Source: Candidatus Harrisonbacteria bacterium (GTDB lineage: Bacteria; Patescibacteriota; Minisyncoccia; UBA6257; UBA11618). From it: 64,000 bases of DNA. The first letter of the stretch is position 1. Each line of letters starts with the position of its first letter. The notes under the pieces are model-generated. The model ran no database searches, was not told the DNA's origin, and saw nothing but the letters and a program-made list of their open reading frames with translations. The translations under genes were made by a program, and so were the position numbers. This document shows, piece after piece, positions 19,461 through 28,243 of this stretch. The stretch is taken from assembly GCA_016867415.1 (NCBI GenBank), contig VGJO01000002.1:6835-70834 (forward strand). Reading direction: 5' to 3'.

Positions 19461-20918
19461 ATGCTCGAAGATCTCATTGCCGACCGTAAAAAAAAGCTCT
19501 CTCATTTTATCGAAGCGGGAATCAATCCGTATCCCGCTTTTGTTTCTGCCTTCACTCCGATAAATAAAGTAAAAGAATCCTTTACTGTTTGGTCGGAAGA
19601 AAAAAAAGATATCACCATTGTTGGCCGCATCACTGGCATGCGAGGCCAAGGTGGCGTCTTTTTTCTAGATATTTTTGATGGTACGGATAAGCTCCAGATA
19701 GTTGTAAAAAAAGATACTGTAGAAGAGCACTACGCTCTCTATCAAAACAATCTTGACATTGGAGATTTCTTGGAAAGCTCTGGCACTCTTTTTGTGACTG
19801 CAAAAGGTGAGAATAGTCTACTTGCAAAAAATCTCAAGCTTCTTGTAAAATCCCTCCGCCCCCTTCCCAGTAGTTACTATGGATTGGAAAATGAGGAGTT
19901 AAAGCTCCGCGAACGCTATCTCGATATCCTGACTGATCCCTTCGTCCGCGACCTTTTTATCAAGAAAAATATTTTCTTTACCTCTCTTCGCGACCATCTC
20001 AAAAAACATGGATTTCTTGAAGTAGAGACTCCAGTCCTCGAGTCCATCGCCGGTGGCGCCGAAGCCGAGCCTTTTATCACTCATCACAATGCCCTTGATC
20101 GCAATTTTTATCTTCGGATTTCCCTCGAGCTTCCCTTAAAAAAACTCCTTGTCGCCGGCTACCCTAAAGTCTTTGAGCTCGGCCGCGTCTTCCGCAATGA
20201 AGGCATTGATGCTGAGCATCTCCAAGACTACACCCAGTGCGAGTTTTACTGGGCCTACGCCGATTATCACGCGCTCATGGACTTTACCGAAGATTTATAC
20301 AAAAAACTCGTAAAAGATGTCACTGGCGGTCTCACGAACGAAAAAGATGGTCACACGCTTGACTGGAGTAAACCCCTCCCTCGCCTTAATTTTTGCGATC
20401 TTTTTGAAGAAAAATTTGGCCTAGATCCCCGCACCGCAAAGGAAGCTGAACTCACAAAAAAAGCCAAAGAAGAAAATATAAAGCTTGAAGGCCATGAAGA
20501 AGCCGGCCGTCTCATCGATCTCCTTTACAAGAAAAAGATTCGCCCCAATCTCATCCAGCCCTGTATTCTCATGAATCCGCCAGTGGTAATTGAGCCCTTA
20601 GCTAAAAGAACTGAAAAAGATCAAGCAGTTGTCGAACGCTTCCAAATCATTGCCGCCGGAAGTGAGCTCGGCAAAGGCTTTAGTGAACTCAATGATCCAC
20701 TCGACCAACGCACCCGCTTTGAGAGCCAGATGGAGCTCCGCAAGAAAGGGGATAAAGAAGCCCAAGAGCTCGACGAAGACTTCTTGACCGCGCTCGAGTA
20801 TGGCATGCCTCCAGCCGCCGGCTTTGGTCTTTCCGAACGCCTCTTTGCCATCATTATGGATCGACCCGTCCGCGAGACTGTCATCTTCCCCTTAATGAAA
20901 AACAAAGGTACTTTGTAA
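19461..20918 (+). CDS. lysS: Lysyl-tRNA synthetase (class II)
   Basis: 485 aa; class II motifs (FRNEGID, GxGxGxER-like GFGLSERL), OB anticodon-binding N-domain. Confidence 0.9.
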   Translation: MLEDLIADRKKKLSHFIEAGINPYPAFVSAFTPINKVKESFTVWSEEKKDITIVGRITGMRGQGGVFFLDIFDGTDKLQIVVKKDTVEEHYALYQNNLDIGDFLESSGTLFVTAKGENSLLAKNLKLLVKSLRPLPSSYYGLENEELKLRERYLDILTDPFVRDLFIKKNIFFTSLRDHLKKHGFLEVETPVLESIAGGAEAEPFITHHNALDRNFYLRISLELPLKKLLVAGYPKVFELGRVFRNEGIDAEHLQDYTQCEFYWAYADYHALMDFTEDLYKKLVKDVTGGLTNEKDGHTLDWSKPLPRLNFCDLFEEKFGLDPRTAKEAELTKKAKEENIKLEGHEEAGRLIDLLYKKKIRPNLIQPCILMNPPVVIEPLAKRTEKDQAVVERFQIIAAGSELGKGFSELNDPLDQRTRFESQMELRKKGDKEAQELDEDFLTALEYGMPPAAGFGLSERLFAIIMDRPVRETVIFPLMKNKGTL

Positions 20919-21025
20919 TCAAAGTACCGCAAGCACGATAAAACTATTTTAAAATACCCTACAAATAGTAAGGTATTTTCGCTCTAATCACGCAAAGTAA
21001 TGTGGAATATATTTGAGAGTTTGAC

Positions 21026-21080
21026 ATGTGAGCACCGAACGCAAGAAAAAAATCGAAAAAGACCTAAAAGAACGAGCGCC
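21026..21080 (+). repeat. Dispersed repeat family, short copy J (GAAAAAAATCGAAAAAGACCTAAAAGAACGAGCGCC)
   Basis: 3' module with three phased A-tracts plus GAGCGCC core. Confidence 0.65.
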
Positions 21081-21129
21081 TAGTAACCAGTTGTAAAGGA
21101 CCTGTAGAGAAGCATAATATAAAGTACAC

Positions 21130-22254
21130 ATGAATCTCCCTCCCTATAAGGCCTGGATCAATCTTAGTAAGTCCGCCATTGATAAAAATCTCTCTTTTTT
21201 TCGCTCTCTCCTCACTCCCAAAACCAAGCTTTTTGCCGTGATAAAAAGCAACGCCTATGGCCATGGCCTCCTCGACTTTTCCTCTATGATTAGTGAATCA
21301 AGAAAATGCGATGGCATCTGCGTCGACTCCGTGCAAGAGGGAATTGCGCTTAGAAAATATATCAAAAAGAAACCTATCCTTGTCCTCGGCGCCACCCTTC
21401 CCAAACTTTTTCCCTTGGCCAAAAAAAACGACATTATAATCACCTTATCAAACTTTGATGTTCTAAAAGCCTATCTTTCCTTACCTACTACTCATCGTCC
21501 TGACTTTCATCTTAAATTTGATACTGGCCTCCACCGACAGGGCTTTCAAAAAAATGAACTCCTCGAGCTCATTCATCTCTTAAAAAAAGAAAAGCTCCGC
21601 CCGCTAGGCCTCTATGCTCATTTTTCCGGCGCCCGCAAAGAAAGAAAAGAAGAAACAGAAAAAGAATTTATTCAATTCATTTCCATAATTAATCTTTTTC
21701 GGCAGACTGGTTTTAAAAAATTCCTCTCGCACATCAGCGCTACAGGCGGCACCCTCATGAATCCTAAATACCATCTCGATCTTGTTCGCATCGGCATGGG
21801 ACTCTTAGGCTATGAACCGCACGAAGAATATCATAATCTCTCGGTCACCTCCCTCTCTCCTGCTCTTTCTTTTCACTCCTACCTTTCCGAAATAAAAAAA
21901 ATCCCCAAAGGGGAGGGAATAGGCTACGATGGGGTAAAACAGACTAAAAAAGAAATGAAGATTGGCATCGTTCCTATTGGATATTGGCATGGCATCCCTC
22001 GCGCGCTTTCTGATAAGGGTAAAGTTCTTGTCCGAGGCAAAAAAACCTCTATCCTTGGTCGGATTTCCATGGACATGATTACTATTGATCTTTCCCATAT
22101 CTCCGAAGCCTTCTTTGGCGATCCAGTCACGCTGATTGGCACAGATGGCAAAGAATCACTCTCCGCTCTTGATCAAGCCAAAACAATAAATGCCTCCCAC
22201 TACGAATTTTTAACCCGCCTTAATCCGCTCATTAAAAAATACAACATTGAATAA
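21130..22254 (+). CDS. alr: Alanine racemase
   Basis: PLP-binding motif VIKSNAYGHG; 374 aa. Confidence 0.9.
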   Translation: MNLPPYKAWINLSKSAIDKNLSFFRSLLTPKTKLFAVIKSNAYGHGLLDFSSMISESRKCDGICVDSVQEGIALRKYIKKKPILVLGATLPKLFPLAKKNDIIITLSNFDVLKAYLSLPTTHRPDFHLKFDTGLHRQGFQKNELLELIHLLKKEKLRPLGLYAHFSGARKERKEETEKEFIQFISIINLFRQTGFKKFLSHISATGGTLMNPKYHLDLVRIGMGLLGYEPHEEYHNLSVTSLSPALSFHSYLSEIKKIPKGEGIGYDGVKQTKKEMKIGIVPIGYWHGIPRALSDKGKVLVRGKKTSILGRISMDMITIDLSHISEAFFGDPVTLIGTDGKESLSALDQAKTINASHYEFLTRLNPLIKKYNIE

Positions 22255-22260
22255 AACACT

Positions 22261-22971
22261 ATGAAAAAAATATATTTTCTTCTCTTCCTTATTTTTATCC
22301 TCTTTTCAGGCGGCGGCTATATTCTAAATTCCAAAGGTTTTTTTAATGTTCGATCCATCTCCGTAAGCGGCGCGACCACTACCGAGGAAAAAGAGATTAT
22401 TTCTTTCTTTAAACAACATGAAACCCAAACTAATTTTTTCTTAATAAAACAAAATGCTTTCATCCCAAAAGGTGCTCCCGCTATCAAAAAAATCACCATC
22501 ATTAAAGATTTTTTAAAAAGAAACATTAAACTCCAAGTGGAAGAACGGACGGCAATTGGCATTAGTTGTTTCTCCAAAGAAAATATGTGTTTTTATTTTG
22601 ATGATCAGGGCATTCTTTTTGCTGAAGCGCCTCGAATCCAAGGCGGTAAGCTGTTGATTTTCAGCCTTGACGCCGAGAAGCAAAAAAAACTTGGGGATAT
22701 GGTTATCCTATCCCGCTTCCTCCCGGCGCTCATATATTTTGCCACTCATCCGCCTAAAAATATTTTTTTTAATAAAATAATCATCGACGAAGCCAATCAA
22801 GAAATCCGCGGAATAATAAGCCGGAGCAATGGTACTCTTTTTCTCAGTCTCCGCTTCTCTCCTAAAGAACCTCTCCTTGCCCTAGAAAAACTCTTAGAAA
22901 CTAAAAAACCTGATCCACTAAAGCTCTCTACCCTCGACTTCCGCATCGAAAACCGCTTTTATTTCCGGTAA
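22261..22971 (+). CDS. ftsQ: Cell division protein FtsQ/DivIB-like (TM + POTRA)
   Basis: N-terminal TM helix, POTRA-like IKKITIIKDFLKRNIKLQVEERTAIG; context near alr. Confidence 0.55.
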   Translation: MKKIYFLLFLIFILFSGGGYILNSKGFFNVRSISVSGATTTEEKEIISFFKQHETQTNFFLIKQNAFIPKGAPAIKKITIIKDFLKRNIKLQVEERTAIGISCFSKENMCFYFDDQGILFAEAPRIQGGKLLIFSLDAEKQKKLGDMVILSRFLPALIYFATHPPKNIFFNKIIIDEANQEIRGIISRSNGTLFLSLRFSPKEPLLALEKLLETKKPDPLKLSTLDFRIENRFYFR

Positions 22972-23016
22972 AAATAATATAGAATTACAGTTCAAAACTT
23001 TACAAAGTAGATAAGT

Positions 23017-23153
23017 GTGTCAGTTCCGTGAAGTAATTTTGGATGGAGTTTTCGATTTATTTCCGAGGAGCCGCCACAGTGTACTAAGAGCTAGGTACAC
23101 ATGAGGAGGCACCGCAGGAAAAAATCACAAAATCCGCCAAAAGTACGAGCGCC
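23017..23153 (+). repeat. Dispersed repeat family, long copy B; ends 12 nt before ychF ATG
   Basis: About 90% identical to copy D (61885..62019); contains the 6-bp hairpin GTGTAC-TAAGAGCTAG-GTACAC and the 3' core CCGCCAAAAGTACGAGCGCC. Confidence 0.85.
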
Positions 23154-23165
23154 AAAAAAAGAATA

Positions 23166-24176
23166 ATGAAGTTATCAATCGGGATAGTGGGCTTGCCTAA
23201 TGTGGGTAAATCAACCCTCTTTAAATTACTAACAAATCAAAATATTGATATTGCAAATTACCCCTTCTGTACCATCGACCCCAACATCGGCATCGTTTCC
23301 GTCCCCGACACTCGACTCACGGAACTCACAAAAATAAGCAGCTCTAAAAAAACCGTTCCCGCCATTGTTGAATTTTTTGATATCGCCGGCCTCGTGAAGG
23401 GCGCTTCGGAAGGTGCCGGTCTCGGCAATAAATTTCTCTCCCACATACGCGAAGTCTCCGCTATTGTCATGGTCCTTCGCTGTTTCAATAACGACGATAT
23501 TATCCACGTCGAAAACTCCGTTGATCCGCTCCGAGATCTCTCGATCATTAACACCCAGCTCATCTTGAAAGATCTCGAGACAGTCACAAAGCGTTTGCAG
23601 GGCATCGATAAAGAAATAAAAAGCGGAAGCAAAGACGCCGTCCAAGAAAAAACCCTCCTTGAGACTATCAAGGCCAAATTAGAAGCCGGCAAGCTCATCA
23701 CCGAATTTTCTGAAGAGAAAATTATCATAAATCTTGGCCTTCTCTCAAGCAAGAAACGTCTTTATCTCCTGAATGGTCAAGAAGCCGATGTCTCTCCCGC
23801 CCTCAAGGAAACTATTTTAAAAGAGGGGAGTCAGGCCATTATCGCCGATCTAAGTGCCTCCGAAGAGGCCTTTAGACCGGCCTTAGAAGCCCTTATCCGG
23901 GCTTCCTACGAGACTTTGGGGCTTATGAGCTTCTATACCACCGGCGAGGAGGAAAGTCGCGCCTGGACAATTAAAAAAGGAATGACCGGCAAAGAGGCCG
24001 CCGGGGTTATCCACACTGATTTTGAACAAAAATTTATTAAGGCCGAAATTGTCTCCTATGAAGATCTTATTGCCTTGGGCGGCTGGAACCAAGCCAAACA
24101 AAAAGGAAAACTTCGCCTCGAAGGCAAAGACTATATTGTGCGAGACGGCGACGTCATCATCTTCCGCCACGGCTAA
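23166..24176 (+). CDS. ychF: Ribosome-binding ATPase YchF (Obg-family GTPase with TGS domain)
   Basis: GIVGLPNVGKSTLF G1, NxxxFPFCTIDPN, DIAGLVKGAS, C-terminal TGS domain. Confidence 0.9.
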   Translation: MKLSIGIVGLPNVGKSTLFKLLTNQNIDIANYPFCTIDPNIGIVSVPDTRLTELTKISSSKKTVPAIVEFFDIAGLVKGASEGAGLGNKFLSHIREVSAIVMVLRCFNNDDIIHVENSVDPLRDLSIINTQLILKDLETVTKRLQGIDKEIKSGSKDAVQEKTLLETIKAKLEAGKLITEFSEEKIIINLGLLSSKKRLYLLNGQEADVSPALKETILKEGSQAIIADLSASEEAFRPALEALIRASYETLGLMSFYTTGEEESRAWTIKKGMTGKEAAGVIHTDFEQKFIKAEIVSYEDLIALGGWNQAKQKGKLRLEGKDYIVRDGDVIIFRHG

Positions 24177-24207
24177 CATAAAAATCTCCACCTCTAACTG
24201 AGAAGTA

Positions 24208-24441
24208 TCATTTCTCTAAGGTAGCTTTTAGTTCTAGTAATCGCTGCAACTGTTTCTCAAGAGCCGCAATCTCCTGTTCTGGCGTCATATTTACCGAAAG
24301 ACTCCCGCCCGAAGACGTCGCTCGCTTCACCCGAAATAATTCTTGCTTCAGATTATTATTCTGATACCAAAGATATCCCCCGAGGATCGCAAGAAGAATT
24401 ATGGCAAGAATTGACATGAAGTTTTTTGCAAACCCATCCAT
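24208..24441 (-). CDS. Small membrane/coiled-coil protein (FtsB/FtsL-like architecture, speculative)
   Basis: 77 aa: N-terminal TM helix then coiled-coil. Confidence 0.4.
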   Translation of the reverse strand: MDGFAKNFMSILAIILLAILGGYLWYQNNNLKQELFRVKRATSSGGSLSVNMTPEQEIAALEKQLQRLLELKATLEK

Positions 24442-24486
24442 TAATTTTTTTAGTATAGCAAATAGTAAGAAAAATAGCTCTGTGGA

Positions 24487-25401
24487 TTACAGACCAGTCA
24501 TTCCAGACCCTCCCGCACCGCCCGTATTTGAGCCAGCAGCACCCGAGTTTGGGTTAGTCACATTTCTCAATCCTGAAGTCCCACCACTGGTAGTACCCCC
24601 ACCGCCAGTACTCATCCCTGTAGATCCTCCAGTAGTCCCCCCAGTCGTTCCACTCGAACCCGTCCCACCACTGGTAGTACCCCCACCGCCAGTACTCATT
24701 CCTGTAGATCCTCCAGTAGTCCCTGCAGTATCCTCTTTTCTATCTCTTTCCTCCAGCGCTAAATCTATACAAGAGGGGGCATTTTTTTTGTCATTAATAA
24801 GAGCTAGATACAAAGCAAAGCTTCTCTTAATTTTTGCTTCCTCGTCACGAAGATAATTTATATTCTGTTCTAATTCTTTAGTCCTCATTTTTTCTTTTTC
24901 TAATGAGGAAAGCCTTTCTTTAATTTTATTCATCTTGTATCTAAATAAAGCTTCGATTGACTCAGAAACTTGCGATAAGTCTCTTGAGACAGGATCATCG
25001 ATGTATGCTGCGTATGCTTCTTCCAATTCATCAAAATATGTCCTCCCTACATAGAGAGAAAAAGAATCCGTATTCCCACTCCGCGACGGATCAAAAAAAA
25101 TAAAATCAAAGTCCCCCAACGACATGAGACTAACTGGACTGACTGGCACTTCATAAAAACTACGAATTCCACCAAATTTTGATCTGCAATTTAGCGTAGC
25201 AAGTTTTCCTTGGAGTAGAAGTTCCGACTGACTCGCTTTCAACCACTCTCTATTCTGTGACAAATTCGTTACAAAAAGACCCAAACAAATCATAAAAAGA
25301 AGAAAAAGAGCCGTCCGAATCACATACCCCACTCGGATATGCCTATTTGTATCCCGCACCTTCCTTTTCCCCTTACTCTCTATCTTTTTCTTCATAATCA
25401 A
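24487..25401 (-). CDS. Membrane-anchored protein with coiled-coil and C-terminal Gly/Thr/Ser-rich tandem repeats
   Basis: 304 aa; TM near N-terminus; C-terminal 28-aa unit GGSTGMSTGGGGTTSGGT... repeated twice. Confidence 0.6.
   Translation of the reverse strand: MIMKKKIESKGKRKVRDTNRHIRVGYVIRTALFLLFMICLGLFVTNLSQNREWLKASQSELLLQGKLATLNCRSKFGGIRSFYEVPVSPVSLMSLGDFDFIFFDPSRSGNTDSFSLYVGRTYFDELEEAYAAYIDDPVSRDLSQVSESIEALFRYKMNKIKERLSSLEKEKMRTKELEQNINYLRDEEAKIKRSFALYLALINDKKNAPSCIDLALEERDRKEDTAGTTGGSTGMSTGGGGTTSGGTGSSGTTGGTTGGSTGMSTGGGGTTSGGTSGLRNVTNPNSGAAGSNTGGAGGSGMTGL
24582..24749. repeat. Tandem repeat, 2 x 84 nt (encodes the G/T/S-rich units of the 24487..25401 protein)
   Basis: 24582-24641 and 24666-24725 nearly identical (1-2 mismatches). 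Confidence 0.85.
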
Positions 25402-25518
25402 CTCCTCTCAGTTTACCAAAACCCACCTTGTGGACATCTCCTCTTATCCAAACTTACTTCGCTCATTGTCAATTTATTGAAATAAGTGAAGGAATATATG
25501 AGCGTAATAATCTTAAGA

Positions 25519-26295
25519 TTACAGATAACCTATTTTACGCAACCATATTCCATGCTCCCATTCCCATAAAGTCTTTGCCCCTAAAAATGCTTTAAGATCG
25601 GCCTCAAAAGAGGGGAGTTCCTTCATCTCCACAATCCCCCTCATCGGCCTCCATTCATGTTCCCCCTCCCTGCACATGCGAAAATTATACCCCCGCGGGT
25701 ACGGTTCCTTCACCTTTTCCCGTCCGCCTTTTATCCGCATCATCGCTCCACATCGAATGCAGCTCGTCGCTTGATCCACCCGCAAAATAAACCGGGTGCT
25801 AATCCCATGAAAATCATCTTGGAGAGCCTCCATATAAGCCGCGGTCTGAAGGCAATAGTCCCGATAGATAGCCTGCGAGGTTTTGATATCAAGAATCGCA
25901 TACTTACCATCGATGAGCGCCAAGCTATCAATTGTCCCCGAGTAGCGGTGCTCCTGGCTCACAATTCTACGCTCCACATACTCAGGATCGATTTGAATAT
26001 TATGGTGCCGGATAAAGTCCATCGCCGTCTCAATCGCTGGCGCGATAGTAGGGGACACGGTCACTGATTTTCCCAGTAAAAGTCCTTGGAGAGCCTCATG
26101 GACAAGCGTCCCCTCAGTCGCTGATTGCTTCTTGATCTCTTCTCCCTCCTCATAGCTAGAGAGGCTCGCATAGTAGCGATAGAGAGCTGGCTTTGCCTTT
26201 ATCTCAATGATCTTAGTCACACGCGGATACCAAACATCATCTACGAGATACCCAGCCTGACTCTGAAACTCCGCCATATCCTTATACTCATTCAT
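25519..26295 (-). CDS. PD-(D/E)XK superfamily nuclease, Cas4/RecB-nuclease-like, orphan (no cas genes nearby)
   Basis: Motifs ...D...ILDIKTS (D-x-K) and QTAAYMEAL (QxxxY); four Cys (C151, CxxC, C) possibly metal-binding. Confidence 0.65.
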   Translation of the reverse strand: MNEYKDMAEFQSQAGYLVDDVWYPRVTKIIEIKAKPALYRYYASLSSYEEGEEIKKQSATEGTLVHEALQGLLLGKSVTVSPTIAPAIETAMDFIRHHNIQIDPEYVERRIVSQEHRYSGTIDSLALIDGKYAILDIKTSQAIYRDYCLQTAAYMEALQDDFHGISTRFILRVDQATSCIRCGAMMRIKGGREKVKEPYPRGYNFRMCREGEHEWRPMRGIVEMKELPSFEADLKAFLGAKTLWEWEHGIWLRKIGYL

Positions 26296-26774
26296 AGACG
26301 CCCTATTATATCAAAGATCTCTTACAAAGACTTATAAATATTGGGGGAATCAAGTTTAATACTGTCGCACAATATATCTTTTGCGACAATGTATTAGTTT
26401 TATTAAACTTATAAAAAAGGTTCTATGCATCAGCTTTAAAAAATATTTCCTTTTCTAAACTAAAATTATTCTTCTCTTAAATTACTATTTATAAAATACT
26501 AACTACTCCCTGATCCTTTCTCTAAACTGCTAAATTCCAATTACTATTTTCTCCTTTGACCACTCCCCTCTTTTTTTTAAATTTTAGTAGGGGAGTCCCT
26601 AAAAGTTATCCACAACTCCTTGACATATTTGTCACCTCAGTTCCAAAAGAAAATTTTTTCTCTATTCAAATAATTATTTGAATACACTCTCTCTCAAATT
26701 ATTTACCTTCTAATTACAAATTACCCCCTTCCCTCTCCCCCATCATCTTCATCTCACAACAAAAGCAAATAATC

Positions 26775-26897
26775 GTGTCAGCTACGCGAAGTAATTTTGA
26801 ATGGAGTTTGCTATTTATTTCCGAGGAGCCAAGGGAGCACTACTAAGAGCTGGGTAACAGGAAAAAAATCGCAAACTCCGCCAAAAGTATGAGCGCC
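26775..26897 (+). repeat. Dispersed repeat family, long copy C; abuts the stop codon of the minus-strand M23 peptidase gene
   Basis: GTGTCAGCTACGCGAAGTAATTTTGAATGGAGTTTGCTATTTATTTCCGAGGAGCC...CCGCCAAAAGTATGAGCGCC. Confidence 0.85.
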
Positions 26898-26903
26898 CTA
26901 AAA

Positions 26904-28172
26904 CTACAAATATTGGAGAGGATTTAGATCTCCTCCAGACGGCATCGGCCCACACGACCTGCTCGCGCCTATACTAAAAGTCTTTGAATCATATACCGTA
27001 AAATGCAAATGTGATCCTGTCGAATACCCTGTACTCCCAACATACCCAATAAGCTCTCCCCTTTTTACCTCCTTGCCAGCGGTAATCCCCATTCCGATCT
27101 TTGATAAGTGTCCAAAAAGAGTCGTAAGGTTATTGTTATGCCGAATCACAATAAACTTGCCGTAAGCTCCTTTCCGGCAATATTTGTCTTGGTCTCCCGT
27201 CGCTGCTACCACTCCATCCTCCGGAGAAACGATCTCCGTGCCTGTTGGTACTCCAATGTCGATTCCGTTATGCCACTTACCTCGATATCCATTCTTAGCA
27301 AAAGCCGTCGCTCCATACCCCTGTGTCGTCTTTCCAGAAACCGGCCAGCCTAAGACTCCTCTTCGGGCTTTCGGAATCTCATCGGGATTAATGTCTTTTC
27401 GAAGCTTCGCTTCCTCCGCTTCAATCTCTTCTGCAATCTTTAATTGCTGTTCATAAAGCTGTTGTAGAATATTCTGATAATTCTTTTCTTTATTTTTTGT
27501 TATCGATAAAAGCTCATCCCGGGATGCTTTTTCCTGTTTAGCAATCTCTCTTCTTGCCTTGGCCTTTTCCGTCTCTGTCTGCACGCTTTGTTTCTTCTCA
27601 TCAATCTCCTCCATTCGCTCCAAAAGTTCTGCCTCATATTGATTCAAATCCTTCACGTCATTCTCCACTCCTGCTCGCGCCTGCCGGATTATCTCAATCT
27701 CGGACAAAAAATCCGATAAACTCCCATTCCTAAGAAGTGGGATTACTATATCATCCGATTCTGTCTGATCAAGATCTCGTAAAAGCTTGCGCACCACCTC
27801 CTGCTTATATGCGATCTTCTGCCGCAATTCTTCCGTCTTTATTTCCAGCGAATCAATTTCCAGACCATATTTCTCGATTGCTACCTGATTAGCTTTCACC
27901 GAATAATCAAGCTGCTTAATGGTCTGCTCCACCTTCTTTACTTGCTGGCTCAAAGTCTGTTTCTGTGAACTTACTTGATCCAAACCCACCTGCGTTTCAT
28001 TAATCTTTTTTTGTAAATCTGTAAGCTCCTGATTTTTCTTGGCAATCGCTTCTTTAGCCCGTAATTCCACCAAAGATTGCTGATCTGTCTGCTGTGCCAA
28101 TACGGTGAAAAATATTCCCAGAGAAAGTGCTATAAAGAAAATAAAAAAACTAATTTTTGTGTACAAATACAT
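26904..28172 (-). CDS. M23-family metallopeptidase with long N-terminal coiled-coil (EnvC/NlpD-like peptidoglycan hydrolase or activator)
   Basis: LytM motifs HxxxD (HNGIDIG) and HLHF; about 250-aa coiled-coil; signal/TM at N-terminus. Confidence 0.85.
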   Translation of the reverse strand: MYLYTKISFFIFFIALSLGIFFTVLAQQTDQQSLVELRAKEAIAKKNQELTDLQKKINETQVGLDQVSSQKQTLSQQVKKVEQTIKQLDYSVKANQVAIEKYGLEIDSLEIKTEELRQKIAYKQEVVRKLLRDLDQTESDDIVIPLLRNGSLSDFLSEIEIIRQARAGVENDVKDLNQYEAELLERMEEIDEKKQSVQTETEKAKARREIAKQEKASRDELLSITKNKEKNYQNILQQLYEQQLKIAEEIEAEEAKLRKDINPDEIPKARRGVLGWPVSGKTTQGYGATAFAKNGYRGKWHNGIDIGVPTGTEIVSPEDGVVAATGDQDKYCRKGAYGKFIVIRHNNNLTTLFGHLSKIGMGITAGKEVKRGELIGYVGSTGYSTGSHLHFTVYDSKTFSIGASRSCGPMPSGGDLNPLQYL

Positions 28173-28243
28173 CGTCGTAATTTATCCTTTTAAACTCCAA
28201 AAGACATCTACTTATTATAGCACTTTTAAATAAAAAAGCCCAT

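Noticed and set aside
24176-24208. Replication terminus/dif or origin at the + to - gene-strand switch
   Set aside because: Only a 31-bp gap with no dif-like or DnaA-box cluster. The two isolated DnaA-box-like 9-mers (30106-30114 TTATCCACT; 41353-41361 TTATCCACA) are far apart. The dispersed repeats keep one orientation across the switch, arguing against a replichore boundary here.
24401-24856. 151-aa proline-rich ORF (PPVLIPVDPPVVPPVVP repeats) on the + strand
   Set aside because: It is the mirror translation of the G/T/S-repeat region of the longer, better-supported minus-strand gene 24487..25401; co-orientation with the flanking minus-strand genes and an N-terminal TM in the minus ORF favour the minus strand.
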